Source of the DNA: Carpediemonas membranifera BICM | Taxonomy: Eukaryota > Protista > Fornicata | DNA length: 64,000 nucleotides | Direction: 5' to 3' | Assembly: GCA_019828565.1 (NCBI GenBank) | Contig: JAHDYR010000069.1 | Location: 372,001-436,000, forward strand | Shown here: piece by piece, positions 21,315-33,700 of the stretch | How the letters are laid out: every line of letters begins with the position of its first letter | How positions within the stretch are numbered: the first letter of the stretch is position 1 | Position numbers and translations under genes: made by a program | Notes under the pieces: model-generated | Seen by the model: only the letters and a program-made list of their open reading frames with translations | What the model was told of the DNA's origin: nothing | The model's database searches: none

Positions 21315-21394
21315 GTTGTGCAGTTTAAGGCGTGTAATATGGTGGTAAGAATTGTGCAATTGAAGGGTCGAACAACGTGTTTATACTGCGCAAC
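21315..21394 (+). repeat. Hairpin element, paralogue of 24634-24710
   Basis: gttgtgcagttt ... gaagggtcgaacaacgtgtttatactgcgcaac. The ends pair with each other and match the copy just downstream of Fanzor copy 2. Confidence 0.75.
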
Positions 21395-21492
21395 AAGAAT
21401 TCTGTAAACAATAGCGACCGCCAGTCGCCCTTCAGTAGTATTTATCCTTCAATGCGCCCTGCCTTCTCGCTATACTCTCAACTCTGCTCTGG

Positions 21493-22144
21493 CTACAAGT
21501 TATTAAACCTGTCAGCCAGCGGGTCGACCGGGGGCGCCGCTGCAACGCTTTCCTGCACATCCGGTGCCGCTACCTGAGCTGCACCGGGCGTGGCGAACTC
21601 CGACTTGAACTCGAGGCACTCCTTTGCCGCGATGCCTTGGATGAGGGTGTCAACCTCCTCGAGGGGCACCGCAGAGGCAGCGGACTGACTCATGACCTGG
21701 TCCATAAACATGGACTGGGCCTGGACGTCCTCGAGCTGGCCGATGAACTGACCGACGGCCTGCCCCATCTCAGTCATGTTGGCAGTGGAGAGGGCGTTGG
21801 ACAGGTTGTGGCTGAGCTTGCCCATGGTATGCCCGATGGACGACATGGTCGCCTGCTGCTGTAGGAGGCCGATGCACGTGTCTGGGTGAGTGTCAAGTGG
21901 TGAACGTACCAAGGTGGGCAACCATCGCGCGGTATTGGAACGCTTCTTGCTTCTTGCGGATGGCGGTGGTACCATACAGCCTGGCACTGTTGTCATCGCT
22001 GCGGCGAACGCATGCGGCTACCTTCTTTTCGGCTGCGGCCTTGTCTTTGTCGGCTTTTTTCGCGTTCTTCGCGAGTTCTTTCATAGCGAACTTCATATCG
22101 AAGATCTGATCAGTGATGTCTGGTTGTTTGCGTCCGAAACCCAT
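21493..22144 (-). CDS. CHMP1: ESCRT-III CHMP1/Did2 (intron 21882-21909)
   Basis: QIFDMKFAMKEL, ARLYGTTAIRKKQEA, EEVDTLIQGIA, DPLADRFNNL. A 28-nt GTACGT..CTCACCCAG intron joins the two frames. Confidence 0.9.
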
Positions 22145-22533
22145 GGTACGCCTTGTTGTGTTGCTGGTTGTCTAACCTGCGGATGACGATCCGGAGCCCG
22201 GATCATCGACTCGGCCAAAGTCATGGAAGTGCATGCCCAGCCTGCTAGCCCGTCCAACCAGGCGGGTAGGCAGTCTTTTCTTGGGGCTTGTCCAAAACAA
22301 GCGGGCTATTTCGGGCGTGTCACAATCTAAAAAAAAATTCTCAACGTGCTCGCCCATTGTTCTTTGGTTGTGTCATAGCGATGCTGTCCATGATGGCGCC
22401 CGCCTGCACCTTGCCCTCCTCGTCAGGCAAGGTCTCCTTAAAGCACCTTCCCAGAACAGTCATACCGCCGAAATCATCAACTCATTCAACAACTCATCAG
22501 CTCCCTACTCATGATGTTTACTTGCTATAAAGG

Positions 22534-23613
22534 TTACTGGTTGGCGGTCTGGTAATCCTTCATCGCCTGGACAAGCGCCTCGACCCCCTCGATCGGCATC
22601 GAGTTGTAAATGGAGGCCCGGAAACTGCCGGGAATGCTGCGGTGGCCGCCCAGGGTCTTGCAGCGGCGGGTCTCCGCGAAGGCCATAAACTCCTTCTGGC
22701 GCTCCTCGCCAAAGATGTTGGCGAAGGGGATGTTCATCATGGAGCGGCACGACTCCTCGGCGGGGACGTTCCAGAAGCCGTTGGACTGGGCGATGGTGTC
22801 ATAGATCATCATAGCCTTCTTGCGGTTGAGCTCAGCGATGCCGGGGAGGCCGCCCTTGGACATGATCCACTTGAACACGAGGCCGGCGATGTAGATGGCG
22901 TAGGTGGGGGGTGTGTTCTTCATCGACTTGTTAGCCTCGAGCACGGAGTAGCGGAGGAGGTTGGGGCATGTCTGGATCGGCTCCTTGATGAGGTCCTTAC
23001 GGATGACAACAACGGTCAGGCCGGCGGGGCCGAAGTTCTTCTGGGCGCAGGCGTAGACTATGCCGTACTTCTTGATGTCGATGGGGCGGGACAGGAAGTT
23101 GGAGGACATGTCGGCGATGACGGGGATGGGGGCCTCGGGGACCTCCTGGAACTCGACGCCCTGGATGGTCTCGTTGTCGCAGTAGTAGAGGTAAGCGGCC
23201 TCGGGGTCGACCTTGGCCTTGATCTCCTCGGCAGTGGGGACGCGCTTGGTGTCCTTGAAGATGACGTCAACGTCCATACCAAGTTGCTCGGCCTCAGCGG
23301 CGGCTGTCTTGGACCAGGTACCGGTCTGGATGTACTGGACCTTCTTGTTGTCCTTGCAGAGGTTCAGCGGGATGGCGGAGAACTGGAAGGAGGCGCCGCC
23401 AGAGGCGAAGAGGACGGCATAGTCGTCGGGGATGCCGATAAGGGTGCGCAGATCGGCCTCAGCCTCTTTGATGATCTTGTCGAAGACGGGGCCACGGTGG
23501 GATTGCTCCATGATGTTGGCGCCGGTGTTATCGTGATTGAGGAACTGGCTTTGGGCTTCCTCGAGGATTTCGAGGGGAAGAACGGCGGGGCCGGCGGAAA
23601 ACTGGGTTAGCAT
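22534..23613 (-). CDS. serC: Phosphoserine aminotransferase
   Basis: FSAGPAVLP, SHRG, GGAS.QF, NETIQGVEF, DMSSN, AQKNFGPAG, NTPP, GHRS..FRASIYN. Confidence 0.97.
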   Translation of the reverse strand: MLTQFSAGPAVLPLEILEEAQSQFLNHDNTGANIMEQSHRGPVFDKIIKEAEADLRTLIGIPDDYAVLFASGGASFQFSAIPLNLCKDNKKVQYIQTGTWSKTAAAEAEQLGMDVDVIFKDTKRVPTAEEIKAKVDPEAAYLYYCDNETIQGVEFQEVPEAPIPVIADMSSNFLSRPIDIKKYGIVYACAQKNFGPAGLTVVVIRKDLIKEPIQTCPNLLRYSVLEANKSMKNTPPTYAIYIAGLVFKWIMSKGGLPGIAELNRKKAMMIYDTIAQSNGFWNVPAEESCRSMMNIPFANIFGEERQKEFMAFAETRRCKTLGGHRSIPGSFRASIYNSMPIEGVEALVQAMKDYQTANQ

Positions 23614-23863
23614 TCATTTGCTGAAGGTTACTGACGTTGAATACACGATCGCTCATGCTTTTAGGTTTGCTTGAAGTGTGCTGTCACGAATTGAATCGAA
23701 GACTGCCCGAGAAAGTCACGATCTTGCCAGATCCGATCTTCTCGATCGAGGAAAAGATTTTTCGAGACTCAAAAACAATCGAGTGATCGTCTCAGTCCAT
23801 GATCTATGCCAGGCTTCCGTCTGCCCCAAGTGCATCGTGCAGTTTAGGACTAATGTCCGTGTG

Positions 23864-24014
23864 CGGCGTCCAGCAATGCCTGGGCTGCTGCCGCTGAGAC
23901 GAGGCCTGCAGATTGGGCGGGGGAGGGCTTGTTGGCGAGGAAGCGCTCCTTGGCGATGGCGTAGACCTCATCTGACCGAGTGAAGATGGACGCGACCGAG
24001 ATCCAGAGGCTAGC
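23864..24014 (+). repeat. 151-bp copy of 27273-27423 (dynein-like CDS) inserted with an 11-bp duplication
   Basis: 150 of 151 nt identical by eye; flanked by tgtccgtgtgc at 23854-23864 and 24016-24026. Confidence 0.93.
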
Positions 24015-24081
24015 GTGTCCGTGTGCACACGTCGTCTCATTGTCTTCTATTCCACATTAAATTCACTTCTACACTTGTATA

Positions 24082-24632
24082 GTTCGCCAGAAGCACTTCG
24101 CCCGCTGCGGCCAACACTTGGCTCGGGAGTTCGGTCGCCACCATCCCATCGCCACCCCCATTCGCCTGAAAGTCTTCTACGGGAGCTCGGGATTCACCAC
24201 GCCTGCTGGTATGTTCATTCCTTGTGCGCCATATCGAAAGTTCGCGAGAGAGATAGCACCCTTCTCAAGAGGTATAACATTGTCGTCGATCTTAACATGG
24301 TTAACGAGGATCGCACCACCGCCGTCTGCCCTCACTGCCACGCCCCCTACAAGCGAGTTCGTCCGCGTGATGACCAGCACGTTCACCCACATCGTGTGAT
24401 GCTCTGCGAAAATCCACAGTGCCGTGGTGCTCAGTGGCGCGCAACAGTTCCTGATGCTCTGAATGTTGATCATCGGGACAAGAGTGCTGCAGAGAACATC
24501 CTGTGGCGTTCTCTTGCCACGGAAGATGAGCTCAGTGGCTCTCCGTTCAGTCGCACATCGATCCCACGTCTTCAAACATCATTCCAGTATCATCAATTGG
24601 CTAACCGCCAACATTCGTCTACGGACGGATGA
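24082..24632 (+). pseudogene. Truncated, frameshifted Fanzor paralogue (C-terminal half)
   Basis: VRQKHFARCG..LKVFYGSSGF..PCAPYRKFA, a frameshift near 24262, then NEDRTTAVCPHC..CENPQC..HRDKSAAENIL. Aligns to the 17006-18559 protein; RuvC-I is missing. Confidence 0.88.
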
Positions 24633-24710
24633 TGTTGTGCAGTTTGGCACTTTGATCGTTCCTTTCAGGCCCTGTCTGGAGGTTCGAATAATGTGTTTAT
24701 ACTGCGCAAC
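24566..24710 (+). ncRNA. Candidate omegaRNA of Fanzor copy 2 plus downstream long hairpin
   Basis: cgtcttc / caatt / ggctaacc / cattcgtc[tacg]gacggatg hairpin, then a gttgtgcagt...actgcgcaac stem. Confidence 0.5.
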
Positions 24711-24792
24711 AGTCCGGCGAGGTCATGAGGGGCAAATCACGGATAATAAGGCTTTAAAGCAATACACAATGATACTATACATAGAGCGCACC

Positions 24793-27700
24793 TCAAGTAA
24801 ACAACGCGCCGACCTCCTCCTCGGTTGCTAGCGCCTGCTGCACATCCGAATGGTCGACACAAGCGTCGTCAAGGCTAGCCACGGCCGGCCCGAGCGTGCC
24901 TTCCTCCTTGCTGCCCACAACAATAGCCACCGACGCGATGATAGCATCCCCAACACAGTTCCTAGCCGAACCCCGGAGCCGCTGTAGCTCGCCAGCCCAC
25001 CGTGCAGCACTGCTCTCTGTCTCGTTCAGCTGGAGTGTTAGCTCATCCTTCTGGGCGATCAGCTCCTTGTACGCGTTCCTCTCCACCTGCAGCCCCTGGT
25101 CAATGGAGATGAACTCGACCTGGAGTCGGGTGACTGAGACAACAGAGGCCGCGATCCGGGCCTCGAGATTCCGGATCAGACCGGCATTCTTCTTTTGCGC
25201 GGCTACAACGGTGGAAAGCTGCTCGTTGCCAGGTACAATAGTGTCTTCACGAAGTCTGCAAGCACACAGATGGAGCACCGTGATCCGGAGAACGTGGTCG
25301 AGAAATGGGGTGGGGAGCGTGGGCAGGTCGACCTCGATGCGGCCAGCAGGGTCAACCACGGTGGTCACGTCGACGCTGGGCATGATCTCCCGCAGACGCT
25401 GCATTAAAGTGCGGGTTGTCGCCAGGTTGAGCATGCCGGGCTCGAGGCTTCCGATGTCGTCCACGAGCTTCCTGGCTGTGCCGAACAGTGTGCGGCGTAG
25501 CGTGGCGACTCGGGCGTCCTGGGTCACCCGGCCCGATGCGAACAGACGCGAGGCAGACGCCAGCACCATCGCCATGGCTGACACAGCCGTGATCAGACGA
25601 GTGTCACGGTCCGGGGCGCAGCTCATTGGATCGCCGCCTGAGATTGCCTTGAGCAGATGGCCGACGTGGGCCTTCAGCTGTGTTGCAATGGCAGCCAGTT
25701 GGGAGTCTGGCGCCTCAAGCTTGGCGCGGAGGCCGGCCGCCTTGTCGTCGAGGCTGCTGCCCGTCGTCTGGGCGGAGGACAAGGACTTCTGAAGCGATGT
25801 CTTCTGGGAGAACTCTGAGCCGAGCTGGGTCTCGAGCTCGGCAAGGGACTTGACACGCTGACCGATGGCTGATGCTTGCTCGGCGAGATTGCTTTCAATG
25901 GAGACAACCTTGTTCCGGAGACCTTGGACATGCTCTCCGGAACGCCGGAGAACTGTAAGGCGGGACGCGATACGGATCGACCGCTGAGTGAGCAGGCCGA
26001 TCATTGTCTGGAAAGCTGCAGGGAGCATTGAATCTGGTGCAACGCGAAGCACAGCGCCGACGAGAGCAATGGCAGTAGTCTTGGCAGATGCAGTCGTCAG
26101 AAGCACTGGTATCGCACCCGCTACAGCAGCGGCATATGGCTTTCCTTGGAGCGCGGCGACAGTTCGGCCATGCTCTTCCAACCGGGTCCCGATCGGCACC
26201 GGCTTGGCCGCCTTGTTGACTGCGCCACCCACAGGCGGGGTCGACGGCCTGCCCGCCGCTAGAGCGGACCAGAGGCTCATAGACGACGTCGGCCGGGCAG
26301 GGTAGGCATGGGAGTCGCCCCGGGCCCCGGCCAACGTTCGCATGGCCGCGGCAACTGCGTCAGCGAGCTCTGCGGGGGTTTGGTCTCTGAGGACGAGGGT
26401 CGGGGCGGGTCTGGCGGCGGGGCCGTGGGCGATGATGTGGATCGATCGCCCAGTGGATGCAATCAATTGATTAATAACAATCGGGGCGTCCTCGATTGCC
26501 GTAGCGCTGCGGAGACGGACGAGCGTCTTTGCTAGGACCGCGCGGCAGTCTGGTCGATCGTTGAAGAGTGTCTCAGAATACCCGAAGAGCACGAGCTCGG
26601 ACAGGCTGCCGAGGACGGCGGGGTCAGCCTCGTCGGGCACACTTAGGAAGAGCAGCACGTCCTTGTGGTGTCTCACACAGACCGCCAGTGCTGCGCAGTA
26701 CGCCTCGGCCAGGTTGGCCATGTTTGACCCGTCGAGACTGACTGGGACGAGTCGGCCTTCATCAGTTGATGACTGGAGAGCGACTGCCATGAGTTGGATG
26801 AGCAAGGGCGTGGGACAGGACGTCTCTATGAAAGCTGAGCCCGTGCCAGTGACTGGAGACGATGCGGACGAGAGTGCCGCGCAGGATAAGGACAGCAGCG
26901 GGGGTCTGGTCGCGAGGAGCATCGAGAGCGAGGCGACCCACTCGAGAGCGGCAGCGTGGGCGGGGACGAAGTCATCGGGGCCGTGTGTGACTGAGAACAT
27001 CGCCCCCAGGGCCCCCAGGGCTTGGTCAGCCCAGTTGGCCGTCGTGGGGGTAAGCTTGGGGCGGTGGCGACCCTTGGGCTTCAGGGGTTCCGGCACGCCG
27101 GAAACTGGGATGAGTACCGGAATAACTGTGCCGCTGGAATATTCCGGCACATCTGTCTGAGAGACAACAGATAAGGCGCCGTGGAGGTATTCCGACAACG
27201 AGACCGCTTTGATCATACGCTGGGAGGAAGTCCGTATGACCCGCCCCGTGAGATCTGGGACAAGGACGATGCCGGCGTCCAGCAATGCCTGGGCTGCTGC
27301 CGCTGAGACGAGGCCTGCAGATTGGGCGGGGGAGGGCTTGTTGGCGAGGAAGCGCTCCTTGGCGATGGCGTAGACCTCATCTGACCGAGTGAAGATGGAC
27401 GCGACCGAGATCCAGAGGTTAGCCAGGCGGTCAACGTCTTCAGCACGAGACGCCGTGACGGCCGAGAGAACGGACCGCAGCACCATCAGGGCACAGGGGG
27501 TCGGCCCGCAGAGCTCGAGCGTGGCTGCGACAAGGACAGCCGATTGGGTGGCCAGCGCGGGCTTGGGCGCCAGTGTTTCCTGCGCGGCGGCCGTGAGGAG
27601 GGTTTTCATGGTGTGGGCGATCATGGCACGCGGCACAATGACGGGGAAGACGCCGGGGGCGGGCTGGGTCTCGTTGCAGGGAGCCGAGAGCGAGAGGGTG

Positions 27701-30700
27701 TTCAGGGACGCGACACCAACCGCTCTGCCGCTCAAGACAACGGTGCCGCCGAGGACGGAGAGGAGCGCCGGGTCTTCGAGCGAGGTTGTCACGTAATGGA
27801 CGCTGACTGCGGCCGCTGGCTTGATGACACGCGCCTGGAGGTCGGTTGGGCTGAATAGATCGCCCAGCGCACGGATCAGCGGCCTCTGGGCGATGAAAGC
27901 GAACACGGTGGGCGGAGTAGAGGCCGAACGGCACGGGTTGGTGGTCTTGACGAGCTCGGGCACCGGGGCGAGCCCGCACGCGTGCTGGGCGAGCACGGTC
28001 TCGACTGGGGCGAGGGAGGGCGGGAACACGACCGGCCGGTGTGTCGTTAGAGGTGCGATGGCCTTGGCCCCTAGCCTTGCCTCGCGGGCAGCACGTAGGA
28101 CTGCGGCGAGGACCCCGACGGCCTGGGGTAGGTCCTGTACGGTGGCTACAGTGGCCTGTGGGGCGTGTGATGGCTCTGTGATGAAGAGAGGGTGCCACTG
28201 GGCAAGCATGGCCGCGTGTTTCCTCTCGTCGGTGATGCCTCGGCCGGCAGTGAGCATTCCGGTGACCGCAGGGGTGCTCTCGAACGTCTCGGTCAGGAGA
28301 GTGGCGATAAGGCGGGGCCAGTCAGTGTTGCCGCTGCCGCAGAGGCCGAGGGACCAGCATAGGGCGTAGCAAAGGACTGTGCGCAGAGCAGAGGGGTCTA
28401 GGACATCGACAGCGTTGGCAGGACCGAGCGCATCTGTCACAATTGCGATGAAACCGGTCAACACGTCGAGGAAATCGCTCAGGCCCTTGTGGGAAAGGTC
28501 GTTGGAGGTGAGCTGGCTTGCGGCTGCGACTACAGGCGCGAGGAAAGCGTCAATTGTCACTGTGACGGCTGCTCTGAAGGTATTCGAGTCGAAGGAAGGG
28601 GCGAGGCCAAGCATAGAGTCGGTCCATATCTTGAGATTGACCTCAATCTCGAGATCACGCCAAGATTTGCCGTCAGTGATGCTGATCGCAGGCAGACCGA
28701 GACTGTTGTTCGCGAGCACGACCTTATGAGGCGTTGCCACCTGCTTGGCCCGGATCACGTCAAGCTGCTCAGCCCTGATGGCACCGATAAACGAGTAAAT
28801 CGCGTCCTCGACCTTGAACGACGGCGCACTATATTCCTTAAAGTGCACTGGGATGACTCGTTTCTTGAGCACTGGCCCGGTCCGATCGATGATGAAGTCC
28901 CGGGCAAACTTGGGGCCGACTACTGAGACAGTGTCAGATCTTGTGAGAACCAGGACTGTCTGGATTATGCGGTCGGTAAACGGTGCCAGATCCACTGGAG
29001 ATTCGTCTGGTATCAGTTCAGATACGACGTCGACCACACGATCCGCGAGATCTGGGTTGAGCGTGGCCGACAGAGCTGCGGCGGACCCGTGCGTGGCCTC
29101 CACGACGGTGGCCAGATGAACCATGGCCGCGCTCGCACACGACTTGCCGTGGACAAGCTCGAGTGCCCTTGCAGGCTTGGCCATGAGAGGCGGCTCGGCC
29201 GGGTCAAGCTCCCTGATGAGGGCGGGCGGCAGGGCAGTGACGGCGTCAGGTCTGCTCGAGGGTGGGACGTTTAGGTAGTCCTTGCCCTCAGCCCTGGAGT
29301 ACACCGAGGCGAGAAGAGTCGTTGTCATGTCCGCGTCGTAAAACTTGAATGGGTCGGTAGCCATCCTGATTGTCATGAGATCGTGGCCGGGGACAGGCCC
29401 ATTGTCTGTGTCCGCCCTGACTGCGTCAAGGAGGAGCTGTGCTGCGAGCTCGGGGTCGGTCACGTCAGCCTCGGGGAGGGTGGCGCCGCATGCGGCTGCC
29501 CTGGCTACGGTAGAGAGGGTCAGGCGGGGGTGGCTGAGGGCCTCGAGCAGCGGGACCAGCCTAGTCGACCCGTCCACATCCACCCGGGCAACGGCGGGGG
29601 CAGGCTTAGCGGCCGCCACGCCCAGCGCACTAAGCGCCTCAAGGTCGGCCCCACCAACGTACTCCGCGGCCACAGAGGGCGGCAGGGTGAGCGGGCCGCA
29701 GCGTGCAACAACCCTGGGAACGGATGGGATCACTGCCGACCCTGCAACGGCCCCGCACATCTTGAGGATGGTGTCTGATAGGGTCTGGATGCGGTCGAGG
29801 CCAGAGAGAAGCGCTGAGACATTGTGGACGATAATGTGGTGTGGCCGCTTCGACTGGGCAGAGAGTGTGACAAGTCTGGCCTGGAGCTCCTTGCCAGCGG
29901 TCGACAGATGCTGGAGAATCCCCGGAATAACCCCCGGATTGAAAGCCACGGATGCCCCGAGCAGTGGTAGCATCACAACTAAGTCAGTTCCAATTGCCGT
30001 CCCGGTAGCAAGCACAGCTGGAGGCACCACTGCACAGATGTGAGCCCACATCGCCTGGACCGAGGCCGACCAGGACCGCGAGCAAATCGTCTCCACAAGT
30101 GTGACGACAACCGCCTCGATGAGCTGGGCGATCACCTCGGACAAGGAAAGACGGAGGTCGGCGAGAGCTGTAGCAATTGGGCTCGGGCTATCGGTGCGGA
30201 CAGCGCTGCACGGCATGGGCGTGCCGACTAGAGGGATCGTGACTCCGTCCACAGTTGTGGCAGATGTCACGAGTTTGCGGTCAGAGTCAATCTCCACAGA
30301 TTTGATCCCAAGGATGATCTGCTGCAGCTGGATACACCCCTCCGTGACTGCCAGTGACCGCAGGAATGTGTGGACCATCACTGATTCCGGGTCCTGCTCG
30401 GGGATGATGAAAAAGGTGGGGTCGTCGCTGGCCTCGACGCTAATGAGGGCCTCGAGGGTCAGGACACTGTCAGAAATGCCGGAGAGTGTGGTAACATGGT
30501 GTGCGAAGTATAGAACTGACTCGGTCGAGTCAAATCTCTGGGGGATGGATTCGCCGAAGAGGATGCTGAGCAGACGCCGGCCGACGCTCTCGAGAGCCGG
30601 GTGGAGGGCCTCCTCGATCAGAGCCGGGTCGTCCGGTAGCTCAGAAGAGACCAGGGTGAGCAGACTGCCCTGCTGGGAGATGTGGGCGATCAGCTGCACT

Positions 30701-33700
30701 AACCTGCGCATGGCGGCAGTGTAATCCGGCACCGATGGGATGCCTCCTCCGGCAATCCGGCAAATATATCTGACCGCCCGTATTGTCCGTGTGAGTGATG
30801 TCAGCGAATCCATGACTCGGCTGAGTTTGTCGAATGTGCCGACCCACTTCGTGGCCGCTGCCCTGTGCTCAAGAATAGGGCCAGTGCTGAGCGCCAGAAC
30901 CTTGGCAGCTGAGGCCGCTGCGAGCTCTCTGAGATCGACGTGTTGCGTCGTCTCAACGTCGATCCTGCACTCATGAAGGAGGAACGTAGCCGATAGAGAG
31001 CCCCACTCGCGATCCACGGACTCAAGCTGGGCCGCGCTGTCCCGCTCTGTGTTCGCCGTCGCGATCACACGGGTCACGAGCGCGTGCACCGTCTCAATGT
31101 GCAGGTTAAGGTTGAAAGCATCGCCCAGAGACGGAAGGGGCTCCCGCTGTAGCTTCTGGAGCAATGAGGTGTCGCCGAGGTCTTGAACAATCATCCGCCA
31201 GTGGTGTGGGGCGACGCTCGACTGGCACACCTCGATGACCACGTGGAGCATTGTGACATGGGCCTTGACAAAGCGGTCGAGTACATCTCTTACTCCTGAT
31301 TTCATTGTGCCGGAATACTCGAGGGCCGATTCCATGACTTCGATAAAATGACGGAGTCGAGCAACAGTGGCCTCTGTTCCCTCCAGCACCAGGTCTGTGG
31401 TTGCCTGAGCCTCAGCCCGAACCTGGGCGATTGCCTCAAAAGTCCGGATCGTGTCCCGTATCCGTGACTCGACTGACTCAAGGTTGGGTGACTCGTGTGG
31501 CGACTGCCCTGCGATGGCAAGGCGGTCATTGAGATCTGCGAGATCCTTTTTGATTACACCGATCATCTCCTGGCACTTCTCGAGTGATTCCAGGGCGTTT
31601 TCCGTGACAGGAAGGGCGTTGGCGTTCTTAGGGCACTGTACCAGTCCCATGACCACAGTGTGGACCTGATCCACCGCCTCCATGATGGCGGCGGGTCTGC
31701 TGGCCATCTGGTCGACGATGATTGCCCTGTAGGCGTTGATGTCGGGCAGTGCCGAGGCGTATGAATCGACGCAGCGGCCCCAGTCGAGGTGTGCCCTGCC
31801 GGTAACTGTCGACAGGCTCCCTACTGGCACATGGTGCTTCAACAGGACGGAGATCACAGCCTTGGCCGACTGGATGATGCGGGAGACGGCGGCGTTGACG
31901 TCCTTAATTTCGGCACTGGTGCCAAGGACGCCGAGGAGCTCCGGGCCGGGCTCTACTGTGGAGTTTGTGAGTGTGTTCATCTCGTGCCAGTGGCGGAAGA
32001 CGTCTAGCCTTACCATCGCCTCTCGGGTGAACTCGAGCGTGTTTTCCATCCATCTCTGCGTGTTTTCCAGCATGCCGGAAAGTGACTCGAACACGAGTCG
32101 AGCCACGGTCGCCGGAAGTCTCATGACTGCTGGCCCCGTCTCCACTACGACGGGCCCCGCCCTCACTGTGGTGGGCAGACCCCTCAACTCCTGCTCCAGA
32201 GTCATCGTGGCGGCGTCAAGGGAGAAGCCGAGGACGGAGGGATCCGGCAGAGCCAGGCCGGTGACGGGGTGGGTCGACCTGACAGCTCCAAGGGCGACTG
32301 GGCGATCAATGGAGATTTCTCGACCGCTCGACTGGGTGGAAGTGATTCGTTGGCGGACACGTTCGAGCCAACTAGCAGAGAATTCCGTGAAAGACGCCTT
32401 GTGGCGGTCGAGGACGGCTACGGCTCGCGTGCAGTGTGACATGAAGACACCGATAGCCGCTGCTATGGCGTCGTTACCACCGACGACACCGGGCACGTCT
32501 GACTTAAAAGGACCGGGCAGAGTGTCGCCCCGTGCTACATGGGCATCGTAAGTCTGTCCGAGGGCCGTGGGGAGCTGGAGCAACTCGGCCACATAGCCCT
32601 CCAGCGCGGAAATGATGCTGCCGTTGCCAGCTAGGACAGGGGTAAAGACGACGCCGTCGCCCTCGCTCGCCCGTGTGGTAAGCATTTGGACTGGGACGGC
32701 CAGGCCGGTCTTGCTCTCACATGCCCGACCAAGCGCGACAAGGTGGGAAAGCACAAGAGCAGCCGAGGCCGTGGCGACCATCCCCCGACACTGGGCGGCG
32801 AACTCGGCGAAACTGACAGCCGTGTGGGCGATCCCGAGGGCATGCGCGACGTTTGTGAGATAATCATCGTACTGTGCCCCAATGTCAGCCACTTGTCTCC
32901 GCAGTGCCTGGACTGTGACCTGAGTCATGTGAGTCAGTCCCGCCAGGTCCTCCGCAGCCTCCCACTGCGGCTCAGCTGGTAGGAATGGGAGGGTGACGGC
33001 GGAGTATACCGTCTCAGGCACACTCTTCGGGTCTGCGAACGAGGACTTGGCGAGCATCTCCTCGCAGGGCAGAGGTGCTGGGTCTGTTGGGTGAGCGAGC
33101 ACGTGTTCCGGCTCGAAGACGGGGTGAACGCTCACCGTGCCCTGCCAGAAGACGCGGATCGTTGTCGCCAGTGTCTGGGTGGATTGGAGCACGTTGAAGT
33201 CTGCCTCGAGCTTGTCCAGGGCAGCAGTGACGGCCGCTGCCATTCGGGTAAAATCTGATGGGTCGCAGCGCCAGTCGAAGGGGCACGCGGCAGACTCTCG
33301 GCCGGTGATTACTGCCACTGCCTGGTCAACCGCAGTTTCGGTCCCGGTAAAGGCAGACACGACGGCAGCAATGTCATTCCCAAGCAACGGCAGGATCTCT
33401 GCCCAGCCCACGAGCGGACCGACTGCAGCGGCGAGTCTCAGCTCGAGAGCCTTGGCTGAGACAAGTATCATTCGCATGCTAGGATACCGATCAAACGTCT
33501 CGGCGACTGTCTCAACGATGATCGGGCCGCTCGTCGTGCTGGCAGGGTACTCTTCCTTGTGTCTCATGAGATACGACACGTCCTCCATGAACGCCCAGAG
33601 CTCCTGCTTGAGGGAGAGTGTGAGTGTCGTGCCGGAGAGGGTCGCCGCGGGCTTGATGACGAGCATATTGATGTCCGCAAAGAGCTCGGTGGCTGCCCGA

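Noticed and set aside
16799-24710. CRISPR array interpretation of the repeats
   Set aside because: The repeats occur only in pairs, are not regularly spaced, and there are no cas genes.
23822-24734. tgcccc/ggggca as terminal inverted repeats of Fanzor copy 2
   Set aside because: Only 6 bp and not mirrored at the right end of copy 1.
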